This document shows positions 9,987-19,319 of a stretch of 64,000 nucleotides of DNA, one piece after another; the first letter of the stretch is position 1; the number at the start of each line of letters is the position of its first letter. The notes under the pieces were generated by a model that was given only the letters and a program-made list of their open reading frames with translations, was not told the origin of the DNA and did not search any database. Position numbers and translations under genes: made by a program. The stretch spans positions 1,059 to 65,058 of the forward strand of contig CADCTA010000097.1 in the NCBI GenBank assembly GCA_902805675.1, read 5' to 3'. The DNA is from an uncultured Chthoniobacterales bacterium. Lineage in GTDB: Bacteria; Verrucomicrobiota; Verrucomicrobiia; Chthoniobacterales; UBA10450.

Positions 9987-10320
9987 GTGGTGGCATTTGC
10001 TCTCGCTGCACCGGAAAAGAATTTCGCATCCTCGACATCTCACGGGAGCTGCCGCGCAATCCGGGCCTCGCTACGCCGATCGAGCGTGGAGCAGCCGCTG
10101 CGAGAACCCGTTCCTCGAGCTATACGATGCGGAAGGCACGAAGATCGACGGCAACAACGACGCGCAGCAGCGGAGCGGATCATCGCTTCGACAGCGTAGC
10201 TCCGGAATCCGCTGGAGGCAGCGAGCGATCAGCGCGGACTGAGGCAGGCGCTTACACTGCGGTCATGAGAGGCCCGGACGGCATCGGAGTTGCGCTCATC
10301 GCGGAGCCTACTGCATCCGC
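9987..10320 (+). pseudogene. Decayed, frameshifted orphan copy of the ~120-aa C-terminal module found in the PATR protein and the M10 protease
   Basis: Three colinear motif matches lie in three different frames. They are 'CRAIRASL' (cf. RAIGPSL), 'ENPFLELYDAEGTKIDGNNDA' (cf. ENPTLEIVDSSGRQVAFNDNW) and 'AGAYTAVMRGPDGIGVALIAE' (cf. PGSYTAVMRGVGETTGIGVVEAY). No intact ORF spans them. Confidence 0.45.
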
Positions 10321-10358
10321 CAAACGAGCGGCCGTTTCTGAGCCTGTCCGCTGCGGAA

Positions 10359-11129
10359 TCACTCCTGGTTCCTCAGCGCGTGGATCGCGACGCGAAACGC
10401 AACCAGCCCGAAGGCGATGAACGCGCATGACTCGAGGAGGATGGTGCCTGGATCACCCAGTCCGATCGTCGCGTATCGCAGCACGTCGACGTGCCACGTG
10501 ATCGGGTTCGCATAACCGAAGATGCGGAAGAGCGGTGGCAGCGGATCGAGCGGATAGAACATCGAGCTCGCGAACAGGAACACGAAGTAGAAGATCGATG
10601 TGACGGTGTTGAACGCGTCGTTGCGTCGCATCTTCAAAGCGAAGATCGCGTAGAAGAAAAACCAGCCGGCGGTGCCGAGCGACACGGCAGCGAAGAGCAG
10701 CGGAATGCGCGAAAGCGTGAGCGGAATTCCAAGCAGCAGGCCAGCAAGTACCACGGTGATGAGCGCCTGCACGAGCGCGACCACGATGTTGAAGAGCACC
10801 TTGCCGAACAGATACTCGCCGCGGCTCATTGGGTAGGTGAGCATCTCGTAGAAGATGCCGTTATCGCGATCCATGAAGAACGACCACGCGGTGTTCGACG
10901 CGATCGCGAAGCTCGCCATCCCGAGCACGCCGGCGAGGAAGAACGCGTTGTAGTCGACGTCCACGCCGGGGACGGTGAAGCCCATCGCTTTCTCCATCGC
11001 GACGCCGAACACCATCAGGTAGGCGAGGGGATAGGCGACGTCCCAGAAGATGAACGTCAGGTTCGTCGCACGGATCTTCATCTCGCGGTTGAGCACCGCC
11101 AGGAGCGCGCTAATTCTCATCGCAAGCAT
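10359..11129 (-). CDS. ABC-2 type transporter permease
   Basis: 256-aa ORF with six hydrophobic segments. It lies downstream of an ABC ATPase on the same strand. Confidence 0.85.
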   Translation of the reverse strand: MLAMRISALLAVLNREMKIRATNLTFIFWDVAYPLAYLMVFGVAMEKAMGFTVPGVDVDYNAFFLAGVLGMASFAIASNTAWSFFMDRDNGIFYEMLTYPMSRGEYLFGKVLFNIVVALVQALITVVLAGLLLGIPLTLSRIPLLFAAVSLGTAGWFFFYAIFALKMRRNDAFNTVTSIFYFVFLFASSMFYPLDPLPPLFRIFGYANPITWHVDVLRYATIGLGDPGTILLESCAFIAFGLVAFRVAIHALRNQE

Positions 11130-11137
11130 AAAGGCTC

Positions 11138-11227
11138 GTCATCCCGAGCGAAGTCGAGGGATCCGGTGGCAAAGCGCACGGCGTGCGACGGGATTCTTCG
11201 ACTCCGCTCCGCTGCGCTCAGAATGAC
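11138..11227. repeat. Family-1 palindromic repeat, copy A (REP/MITE-like)
   Basis: GTCATCCCGAGCGAAGTCGAGGGATCC...GGGATTCTTCGACTCCGC...CTCAGAATGAC. The arms are an imperfect inverted repeat shared with 7 other copies. It fills the ATPase-permease intercistronic gap. Confidence 0.8.
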
Positions 11228-11253
11228 ACCCTTACGGGCGCCCGCCGTTTGAG

Positions 11254-12210
<957 letters not shown>

Positions 12211-12452
12211 GGTGAGGCGTATTAACGATGTGAATCCCGAGAACGCCAGCGTGCTTTCGCGTGGCACGGCCGCCACGTGAGGCGTGCGAGGCGCGTTGCT
12301 CAGGCGGCTGGTATGCCGCACACCACCCGAGGCGCGGCGCATCTTGGATACCACAGCGCGCCCTTCGATCCGGTACAACACGAAGCCGACTCGTGTTACT
12401 CACACGCCACCGAGCCCAGAAATCAGCAGCCGCCGCACACGTCAGCGCCGAA

Positions 12453-12995
12453 ATGGAATGCGTGAAGAAGTTTGTGATCAGCACAGTCGGAGTGCTTGCG
12501 CTATGCGCGTTCAGCAGTTGCAGCACGGTCGGCGATCTCGTCGTTACCAACATCCCGGCGCGAGCCTCCGGCCCAGCACGAGTGGTTGTCGATCTCAGCG
12601 AGCAGGAGGCACATCTGTTTCGCGGCACAAAACGCGTCGCGTCGTCGCGCATCTCCAGCGGACGAGAAGGACACAGCACGCCCACCGGTCGTTTCCGCGT
12701 CATCCGGAAACATGAAGATCACCGGTCCAGTCTCTACGGCGACTATGTCGATCGCGAGACTGGCCGCGTCGTGCGCGCGAACGTGGACGTGCGGAAGCAT
12801 TCGCGCCCGCGCGGCACGCGCTACGAAGGCGCGCCGATGCCGTTCTATGTCGAGTTCAAGCCAAGCTACGGCTTGCACGCCGGCTACCTTCCGGGCGTCC
12901 CGGCGTCCCACGGCTGCATTCGGATGCCGTACTGGCGAGCGCGGCAGTTTTACAACAACGTGCGCGTCGGCACGCCAGTCGTCGTGCGCCACTAG
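12453..12995 (+). CDS. L,D-transpeptidase (YkuD domain) lipoprotein
   Basis: Start moved to ATG 12453 (MECVKKFVISTVGVLALCAFSSC, lipobox-like). The catalytic motif is 'GLHAGYLPGVPASHGCIRM'. Confidence 0.85.
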   Translation: MECVKKFVISTVGVLALCAFSSCSTVGDLVVTNIPARASGPARVVVDLSEQEAHLFRGTKRVASSRISSGREGHSTPTGRFRVIRKHEDHRSSLYGDYVDRETGRVVRANVDVRKHSRPRGTRYEGAPMPFYVEFKPSYGLHAGYLPGVPASHGCIRMPYWRARQFYNNVRVGTPVVVRH

Positions 12996-13117
12996 CGCGT
13001 CGCACCGCGGGGAAAACTTCGCCAGCGTGTCCGGAGCGCGGCATCTCGCGCGTCGTCTTGTTGCACCCAGCTCGGCAAAACGAGCCGGAGCCAATTAGCT
13101 CTCACCAAACACCGCCC

Positions 13118-13501
13118 ATGAAACACCTCCCGACCGTTGCCGGCATTTTGCTCGGCCTTCTCTTCATCATGTCTGCCGTCGTCGTGCTCTTCGGCCTGGC
13201 GCCGACGCCCACGATGCCTGAAGGCACACCCATCGCGATGTTTATGACCGCGTTCGCGACCACCGGCTATTTGACGTTCATCAAGGTGCTGGAGCTAATC
13301 GGCGGAATCCTTCTCGCGATTCCGAAAACCCGAAACATCGGGCTCCTCGTGCTCGGCCCGATCATCGTGAATATCCTCGCCTTCCACATCTTCATCACCG
13401 GCGGCGAAGGGCTGTGGAATCCGTTGCTGCTTCTGATCGTGGCGCTCGCGCTTTACCTGTTGTGGGTCGGGCGCAAAGCGTTTGCGGGTTTGCTGAACTG
13501 A
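13118..13501 (+). CDS. Small integral membrane protein (4 TM, DoxX-like)
   Basis: Start moved to ATG 13118 (MKHLPTVAGILLGLLFI). It has four hydrophobic helices. The family assignment is tentative. Confidence 0.6.
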   Translation: MKHLPTVAGILLGLLFIMSAVVVLFGLAPTPTMPEGTPIAMFMTAFATTGYLTFIKVLELIGGILLAIPKTRNIGLLVLGPIIVNILAFHIFITGGEGLWNPLLLLIVALALYLLWVGRKAFAGLLN

Positions 13502-13558
13502 TCCCCGCAGAACGTTCCGCACTCGATTGCGGCGGATTTCCGCCGATAGTTTCAGCCG

Positions 13559-15223
13559 TTGAAGGAACGGCTCGAGCAGTGGTGGACAAACCTGGAGTGG
13601 CGGCTCGAAGCATGGCGCACCGGCGATGATTTCGCCGCGATCGCACAGCGGCGAAGTCTGATCTATCACGTCGAGCAGCTTTTCCTCATCGACCGCCAGT
13701 CCAATCGGTGGCTGTTGCATGTCGCGGCGGATCCGACGCTCGCGGAAGACTCCGCGCTGGTCGAGAAAACGGTGACAGACGTCCAGCGGCTGGCGCGAGA
13801 CTACTTCTTCATCGGCAACGAAGCGGGGGTGCAACAATTCCAGCTTCGCGACGCACAAGTGTGGATCGCGCCCGGAGCGCACATGCATCTTGCTGCGGTC
13901 ATCCGCGGCGATCCGCCGGCGGAATTGCGCAGCATTCTGGAGGAGGCGCTCGCGCGCATCGAGGTGGAACAAGCCGCCGCCTTCGCGAACTTCCATGCCG
14001 ATTCCGCGGCCCTAGAGGCCGCAGGGGTCGAACTGACCGCATGCCTGCGCTCCGACCATCGGCCGATGCCTGAGTCTCCGCCTCTTCCAGGGCTGCGGAT
14101 CCCGAGCGCAGCCGCCGCAGTAGTTATTTTTGCTGTGGCCGTGATCGACCTGCGGAGCCATCTGCGCTGGCGTGATTTTCTTGCGCGCCTCAAATCGGAG
14201 CCGGGCATCCTCGTCGCGGCAGCGGAGAGGAATCGATTCGCGCGTTCGCGCGTCGAGGGTTTGCGCGACCCGTCGGCCCGCGATCCCAGCGCCATTGCGA
14301 GGGAGGCGAAGCTGAACCCGACGCGCATCCGTTTCGAATGGAAAGACTACTCGGCTGAGGATCCGCTGATTGCGCAGCGGCGCGCGCATCAAGACTTCGC
14401 GCAACATCCCGCAATCACCTCCACGCCCACGCCTGCCGCGACCGCTGACTCCGTCGGGCCGCTCGAGCAATTCAAGGCCACCTTTGCACCTCCGCCGACT
14501 GTCGATGCCGCAGTCGTCGGCGACACTCTCGTGCTAGCGGGCGCGGCGCCCTACGAATGGGTGGCCGCCGTGCAGGAAGGGGCGACTCGCATCCCAGGTA
14601 TCACCGCCATCAAGGGCAATGATCTCCTGGTTGAGTTCGACCAGGACCTTGTGCTGCAACGGTTCCGCGACGAATTCGGAGTTCCCGAAACGGTCGATGC
14701 AACGCTGCGCAAAGGGCGACTCATCCTTTCCGGCGAGGCGCCGCATGCCTGGCTCGAGCGCGTGCGGCGGGAAGCCCTCCGCGTGCCGGGCATCCGCGTC
14801 GTCGATCACCGCAACGCCCAGAACATCGACCAGCGAGCATTTCAACAGGCGAAGTCCGCGCTCGAAGACGCAGCCATCCTCTTCGTGCTAAATCGGGAGA
14901 GCCTGCCTCCGGATGCGGACGTGGAACTTGGGCGACTGGCGGCGGAAGCGCAGCGCTGCATCGCGGCGGCGGGAAACATGGGGATGAACCTCACTCTGGA
15001 AGTGCGCGCCTACGGGGACGCGATCGCCACAGAGAAGGAAAATGCGGAGCTGAGCAAACGGCGCGCGGACAGGGTGCGGGCGTTCCTCACGGCACGCGGC
15101 GTAGATGAACGAAAGATCACGCCCGTCGCAATGGGCATGCCCCCGCCACCCGGGCCGGGAGAGAAATCAGGAGCGGGAAAATTCGATCGGCGCGTCTTCT
15201 TCCGCGTCGTGATTCAGCCTTGA
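13559..15223 (+). CDS. Membrane-anchored OmpA-like (peptidoglycan-binding) protein with an uncharacterised cytoplasmic N-domain and BON-like repeats
   Basis: 554-aa ORF with a TTG start. A ~190-aa N-domain is followed by one TM (AAAAVVIFAVAVI). Then come repeated 'L.L.G.AP..W......A..I.G' segments and a C-terminal OmpA-like 'AELSKRRADRVRAFLTARGVDERKI'. Confidence 0.7.
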   Translation: MKERLEQWWTNLEWRLEAWRTGDDFAAIAQRRSLIYHVEQLFLIDRQSNRWLLHVAADPTLAEDSALVEKTVTDVQRLARDYFFIGNEAGVQQFQLRDAQVWIAPGAHMHLAAVIRGDPPAELRSILEEALARIEVEQAAAFANFHADSAALEAAGVELTACLRSDHRPMPESPPLPGLRIPSAAAAVVIFAVAVIDLRSHLRWRDFLARLKSEPGILVAAAERNRFARSRVEGLRDPSARDPSAIAREAKLNPTRIRFEWKDYSAEDPLIAQRRAHQDFAQHPAITSTPTPAATADSVGPLEQFKATFAPPPTVDAAVVGDTLVLAGAAPYEWVAAVQEGATRIPGITAIKGNDLLVEFDQDLVLQRFRDEFGVPETVDATLRKGRLILSGEAPHAWLERVRREALRVPGIRVVDHRNAQNIDQRAFQQAKSALEDAAILFVLNRESLPPDADVELGRLAAEAQRCIAAAGNMGMNLTLEVRAYGDAIATEKENAELSKRRADRVRAFLTARGVDERKITPVAMGMPPPPGPGEKSGAGKFDRRVFFRVVIQP

Positions 15224-15403
15224 GGAACTGCCGGGGCGGGAATTGACCCATCCTGTCTACTCCCGGAACAGGCGTCGCTTCCGCCTCGCTATGCAAATGT
15301 ATGCACGTCGGGCGAGCACATCACGACGCGAAGCGCGCGGGAACCGGCGGCCGTCGAATGTCACCAGTACCTTTCGGTCGCGCTCATATCATTAGAGAAA
15401 CGG

Positions 15404-16021
15404 CTACGGCGTGGTAGGAGCCGCCGGCGATGCACCCGACGCGCTCCCGCGCTTGTTCAACGTGGCGATGACATCGGCGGTGAAGTCGCCACGGTCGCGG
15501 GAGAATAGGAGCGGGGAAAAGCCGTTCAAGCTCGCCCCGGACTTATCGAACACGAGATCAAGCCCTCGCGATTTCACCTGCTCCATCACCACGTCAGTAA
15601 TCTCGGCCAGAATGCCGTCGCGCATCCGTTGCACCTGTTGCTGCAGCTGTTGTTCGCGGGTTTGGCGGAACTCGTTGATCTCGCGTTCCCTGTTTTTGAT
15701 CTGCGCAATCTTGTCATCACGCTCTTTCACTTTCTGCGCTTTTGCCTCCGCCCTAATTGCAGGCGCATCAAGCTGCGCACTGAGCTTGTTGATTTCGTCC
15801 AGCGCTTTCTTGTAAGCCTCGGCGCGCTCGTCGAATTCCTTTTTGGCCGCGTTCTTGGCTTCGTTCAGTTTCGCCTCGGCGTCCTTGGTTTTGCCGTAGT
15901 CCTTGAACACGCGGTTCATGTCGACTGTGCCGACGTTCAATTCCGCGTGTGCGACTCCTGCGGTCGCGAAACAGAAAAGTCCTGCAACGAGGGAAACGGC
16001 TGTCCGAGCGTGAGTGTTCAT
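15404..16021 (-). CDS. skp: OmpH/Skp-family periplasmic chaperone
   Basis: 205-aa ORF with a signal peptide ending in AHA. 'VDMNRVFKDYGKTKDAEAKLNE' is followed by a long K/E/A-rich coiled region typical of Skp. Confidence 0.85.
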   Translation of the reverse strand: MNTHARTAVSLVAGLFCFATAGVAHAELNVGTVDMNRVFKDYGKTKDAEAKLNEAKNAAKKEFDERAEAYKKALDEINKLSAQLDAPAIRAEAKAQKVKERDDKIAQIKNREREINEFRQTREQQLQQQVQRMRDGILAEITDVVMEQVKSRGLDLVFDKSGASLNGFSPLLFSRDRGDFTADVIATLNKRGSASGASPAAPTTP

Positions 16022-16069
16022 GAGTGTTCCGGCGGGAATGACGATCAGAGCGCGGCGATCACCACGCCG

Positions 16070-16777
16070 CTAAGGTGTCGCAGCCGCTTCGCCGTCGATG
16101 AAGATCTGTCTTATCGGAAGGTCGAGCGGCAGACCTCCGTCTGACTCAAAACGATTAGCCAACATTGCCTGCTCGACGGAGAGAATTGACGGTCGGAGCG
16201 ACGCCAGCTCGATCCTGCTGACCCGCAGCGTCAGTTGTCTGCTCGACGCTCCAAGGATGCCGTTTTCTTGGCTAGTTAGCCAATCTTGCGCAGGCAATTC
16301 TGCGCCGACCGGACCGGTTTGCGGCCGGTGCTCGGTGAGCTGTGGCAGCTGAGCCGCGTGATCATGCCGCACGGGGCGACTGAACTGTGCAACGGCGAAC
16401 CCGATTATCACTGCGGCTGCAGCCGCAGCAGCGAAGTGACCGGGCACGCCTGCCAGTCGACAACGCATCTGCAAGAATGTCCAAATCTGCTGCAGGCGCG
16501 CGCTGGGCATCGCCTCGGTCTGCGGCGGCAACACTCGCTCGGCTAAAGCAGCTGCTATAAGCGCCGGGAGCACAGGAGTTTGGCCGTTGAACATCCGATC
16601 GCGTTTCAGCGCTGCCGCCGACAATGCCGCCTCAACCGGAAAGGCCGATGCAACGGCGGCCTGTAGACGATCGGAGGTTGTCGACGGCATTGTCGCGCCC
16701 CTGCGCTGTAAACGGGCGTCGCGGCGCGCTGCCACTTCGTGCAGCAGAGCGGGTATATCGGCGATTCGGTTATCCAT
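16070..16777 (-). CDS. Putative anti-sigma factor (single TM)
   Basis: 235-aa ORF whose start overlaps the stop of the upstream ECF sigma gene by 8 nt. It has one central TM (AAAAAAAVIIGFAVAQF). There is no sequence-family evidence. Confidence 0.5.
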   Translation of the reverse strand: MDNRIADIPALLHEVAARRDARLQRRGATMPSTTSDRLQAAVASAFPVEAALSAAALKRDRMFNGQTPVLPALIAAALAERVLPPQTEAMPSARLQQIWTFLQMRCRLAGVPGHFAAAAAAAVIIGFAVAQFSRPVRHDHAAQLPQLTEHRPQTGPVGAELPAQDWLTSQENGILGASSRQLTLRVSRIELASLRPSILSVEQAMLANRFESDGGLPLDLPIRQIFIDGEAAATP

Positions 16778-17384
16778 CTGCCCTCGTTAGATTGGATCGA
16801 ATCAGTAGATCCAGGAGCTTTCGTTTGGACCTCGTGAGGCGCGTACACACCGTCTTCGGATTCATCTTCCGTACGACGGCAATCTCTCGGAATGTGAGTT
16901 CACCGAAGAAGTGCAGTTGCACCAGGTCGCGCTCGTCATCCGGGAGCTGTTCCAGCGCGCGGTGCAGAATCGCGGCGCGGTCATTCTCAGCAGTAGCGTC
17001 TGACGGCAGCTTCGCGGCGTCGTCTCGGTATTCCGCCGACTGGCTGAGTGGGACGAGGAGAGTCAGGCCTCTTTTCGCGGCAGATTTCCGGCGAAACAGC
17101 GTTCGTGCTTGCTGGGAAACGATTCCAAACAGCCACGCCCGGAAAAGACCGTCGCTCGAGAACGTGTGGATGCTCTTTATGGCAGCCTCTAGTGAGGCTT
17201 GCGCGACATCTTCGGCGTCCTGTTCGTCGAGCGAATGATAGAGTCGATTCGCGAACGTGACCAAAACCGGCCACACGATCGGGAATAGCGCGGTCCAAGC
17301 AGAGACGTCGCCTGCTTTGCACCGCCGTCCGAGAAGCTCGATTTCGGCGAGGTTTGCCTCGGCGGCGCTGTGAGTGGGTAACAT
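16770..17384 (-). CDS. ECF-type RNA polymerase sigma factor
   Basis: Start moved to the ATG at 17384 (MLPTHSAAEAN). Region 2 reads 'DAEDVAQASLEAAIKSIHTF...FRAWLFGIV' and region 4 reads 'FGELTFREIAVVRKMNPKTVCTRLTRSKRKL'. Confidence 0.8.
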   Translation of the reverse strand: MLPTHSAAEANLAEIELLGRRCKAGDVSAWTALFPIVWPVLVTFANRLYHSLDEQDAEDVAQASLEAAIKSIHTFSSDGLFRAWLFGIVSQQARTLFRRKSAAKRGLTLLVPLSQSAEYRDDAAKLPSDATAENDRAAILHRALEQLPDDERDLVQLHFFGELTFREIAVVRKMNPKTVCTRLTRSKRKLLDLLIRSNLTRADG

Positions 17385-17715
17385 TCTCAGCCCGAGCGAC
17401 TCGGCTGAATTTCCTGCTGTGGTGCTGCCACTGGTGCCGCTCCGCACGTTTACTGACGGAGCGAGCATAGGACGCCGTGGTGGTTCATCGTAGAGTTCCG
17501 GCCGGCACTTTCATCCGGTCCCACAACCTTAGTAGCAAGAGAGGCGGGGAATACTTCATCTCCGGCTGATCTTTTTCACGTGCGACTTCAATGCCGCGCT
17601 GCGGCGATCACTTCACCGCTCCGCTAACCTGTGCAGGACGTATCGGCGCCAGTGATATTGCTCGCCGATCGCGTCGCTCGTGCTCGGTGGCGGCACCGCC
17701 GTCCGACATGCGAAG

Positions 17716-18282
17716 TCACTTTCGGCGAACCGGACTAAGTCTCTTTGCAGCGCTGCTTCGCAAATAGCGTATCCAGCGAAGCCGAGCCCTTAGCTGGAAT
17801 ACGGCTCCGGAGGTTGCTAGAAGTTCGAACTTCGATTCCGCATCCGGCAGGACTGCCATGGCTGACCTGAGTTCCTGGATCGCGGATTGCGTCACCTTCT
17901 CGGCTTCATTGAGGAAGCGAAGACGATCCTCCTCTAGAAGCACATCCAAAAAAAATGCTCTAGTCCTGATTGGATCGGGAGCCGGCTGGCCAATCTTGTC
18001 AGGGACCGTCGCGACCCAGCTCCTGAGAGCGTCCCGACCGGCATCCGTCAAGGACAGGAGCGTCTTCTCTCCGCTACCCCAGGGTTGCTGTCGAAGACTC
18101 AGCAACCCTGCGGCGGAAAGCTTCTTTACAAGCGGGTAGATTGAACCTGCACTGGCACTCCAGCTCACCGAAGCCGATGTCGCGAACTCCCGCTTCACGA
18201 TATAGGCCGAGCACGGTTCCCGGCGCCAAACCAGACCCAAAACGGCATTCTCGAGTTCAGTGAGTCGCGTCGGAGTTGACAT
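17716..18282 (-). CDS. PadR-family transcriptional regulator
   Basis: Start moved to the ATG at 18282 (MSTPTRLTELE). The winged HTH reads 'LENAVLGLVWRREPCSAYIVKREF...GSIYPLVKKLSAAGLL'. Confidence 0.8.
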   Translation of the reverse strand: MSTPTRLTELENAVLGLVWRREPCSAYIVKREFATSASVSWSASAGSIYPLVKKLSAAGLLSLRQQPWGSGEKTLLSLTDAGRDALRSWVATVPDKIGQPAPDPIRTRAFFLDVLLEEDRLRFLNEAEKVTQSAIQELRSAMAVLPDAESKFELLATSGAVFQLRARLRWIRYLRSSAAKRLSPVRRK

Positions 18283-18283
18283 G

Positions 18284-18296
18284 TTACGTTTCGTAA
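18284..18296. promoter_or_regulatory. Candidate PadR operator (perfect palindrome TTACG-TTT-CGTAA)
   Basis: This is the only AT-rich palindrome in the 32-nt spacer between the divergent PadR and CPBP start codons. PadR regulators typically bind inverted repeats in their own promoter region. Confidence 0.35.
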
Positions 18297-18314
18297 TATA
18301 CACCGACGCCAAGG

Positions 18315-19043
18315 TTGATGGGCTCGATCATGGAATATCCCCGTGGCTCGCTTTGGGCTGCGCTCCTCCGGGTTCTGGTGTTCGCGTTTCTGTTTCTCGC
18401 GTGCGTGCGGGTCGCAACTCTGCTGCTCGGATCGGTGGTCACACCCTCGGCAACCGACATCAGAGCAAGGACCGCCATCCTCATCACGGGATCGCTACTC
18501 GGCCAGCTGATTGCCGCGGGAGTTCTGCTGGGCTGGATTTCTCGGACCGGGCGAGACTTGAAGTGGCTGGGGCTGAGAAGCGGGGCACCCGCGAAGGTTT
18601 GGGCGCTGGCTGCTGGCATAGCGATGACGTGGGCACTCCTGGTCTGGAATGGCGTGCTGGGCGGCACGACCGGCTTTGGAGAGCTGTCGCTGTGGCGGAT
18701 TTCTCTCGCGCTAGGGGCGGGGCTTATCGGCGGCACATGCGAGGAACTAGTGTTCAGAGGCGCGGTGATCCAGTCGCTTTCGGATGCACGTGCCTCACGG
18801 CCGACGCAATTTGCAGCCGGAAGTCTGCTCTTCGGCATGGCTCATCTTGGCTGGGCGGTTTCCTCGGGGAATTTCATGACAGGACTGGCCGCGGCCGTTT
18901 TCACCTCCATTCTTGGAGCCGCTCTGTCATTCCTGTTTCTATGGGGCGCCCGGAGCCTGTGGCCGTGTGTCGCTGCACATGTCTTAATCAACCTGATGAT
19001 TGAACCGTGGCTGGTCTTTGCCGTGTTGCAGGGGAGAGGGTGA
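18315..19043 (+). CDS. CPBP-family intramembrane metalloprotease (CAAX protease/Abi-like)
   Basis: 242-aa polytopic ORF with motifs 'EELVFRGAV' and 'FGMAHL'. The conserved late His lies in 'VAAHVLINL'. Alternative ATG starts are at 18318 and 18330. Confidence 0.8.
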   Translation: MMGSIMEYPRGSLWAALLRVLVFAFLFLACVRVATLLLGSVVTPSATDIRARTAILITGSLLGQLIAAGVLLGWISRTGRDLKWLGLRSGAPAKVWALAAGIAMTWALLVWNGVLGGTTGFGELSLWRISLALGAGLIGGTCEELVFRGAVIQSLSDARASRPTQFAAGSLLFGMAHLGWAVSSGNFMTGLAAAVFTSILGAALSFLFLWGARSLWPCVAAHVLINLMIEPWLVFAVLQGRG

Positions 19044-19167
19044 CTTCTTGCACACGAAGGTGCAAGGCTACCACGGGACCGCAAGCGGGTGAGCTTCTTT
19101 ATGTAGGCAGAAGGCGGGGCTGGCGGCGTCGCAGCATGGGATGCCGTTTTGATACGGGCTTAAGAAG

Positions 19168-19248
19168 TGCTCGGGGGGGGACTTGAACCCCCATGCCTTG
19201 CGGCATACGCCCCTCAAACGTACGTGTCTGCCATTTCACCACCCGAGC
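19168..19248 (-). tRNA. tRNA-Leu (anticodon GAG)
   Basis: The reverse complement folds by hand into a cloverleaf. Acceptor GCTCGGG/CCCGAGC. Anticodon stem TACGT/GCGTA with loop TTGAGGG. Long variable arm TGCCGCAAGGCAT. T arm GGGGG-TTCAAGT-CCCCC. CCA is not encoded. Confidence 0.9.
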
Positions 19249-19319
19249 GGATGACGACGGAAGATGCAGGACGGAGAATGGCGTCGCAAGTGCCGATTAC
19301 GTCGTAAGCTCTCCTCCGA

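Noticed and set aside
13295-13996. 233-aa minus-strand ORF spanning the DoxX-like/OmpA-like junction
   Set aside because: It is antisense to two plus-strand genes with sensible membrane and domain features, and its composition is R/E/D-rich like a shadow frame.
17470-17498. ECF-type promoter candidate GGAAC...CGTC upstream of the second ECF sigma gene (minus strand)
   Set aside because: The spacing between GGAAC and CGTC is 20 nt by my count. That is too long for the usual 16-17 nt ECF promoter geometry.
17948-17955. A8/T8 homopolymer inside the PadR gene as a phase-variation tract
   Set aside because: It encodes Phe-Phe-Leu in frame. Eight nt is marginal, and there is no supporting evidence for variation.
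19044-19319. tRNA-Leu as an integration hotspot or genomic-island boundary
   Set aside because: There is no integrase. I saw no direct repeat of the tRNA 3' end within the window. The flanking genes look ordinary.
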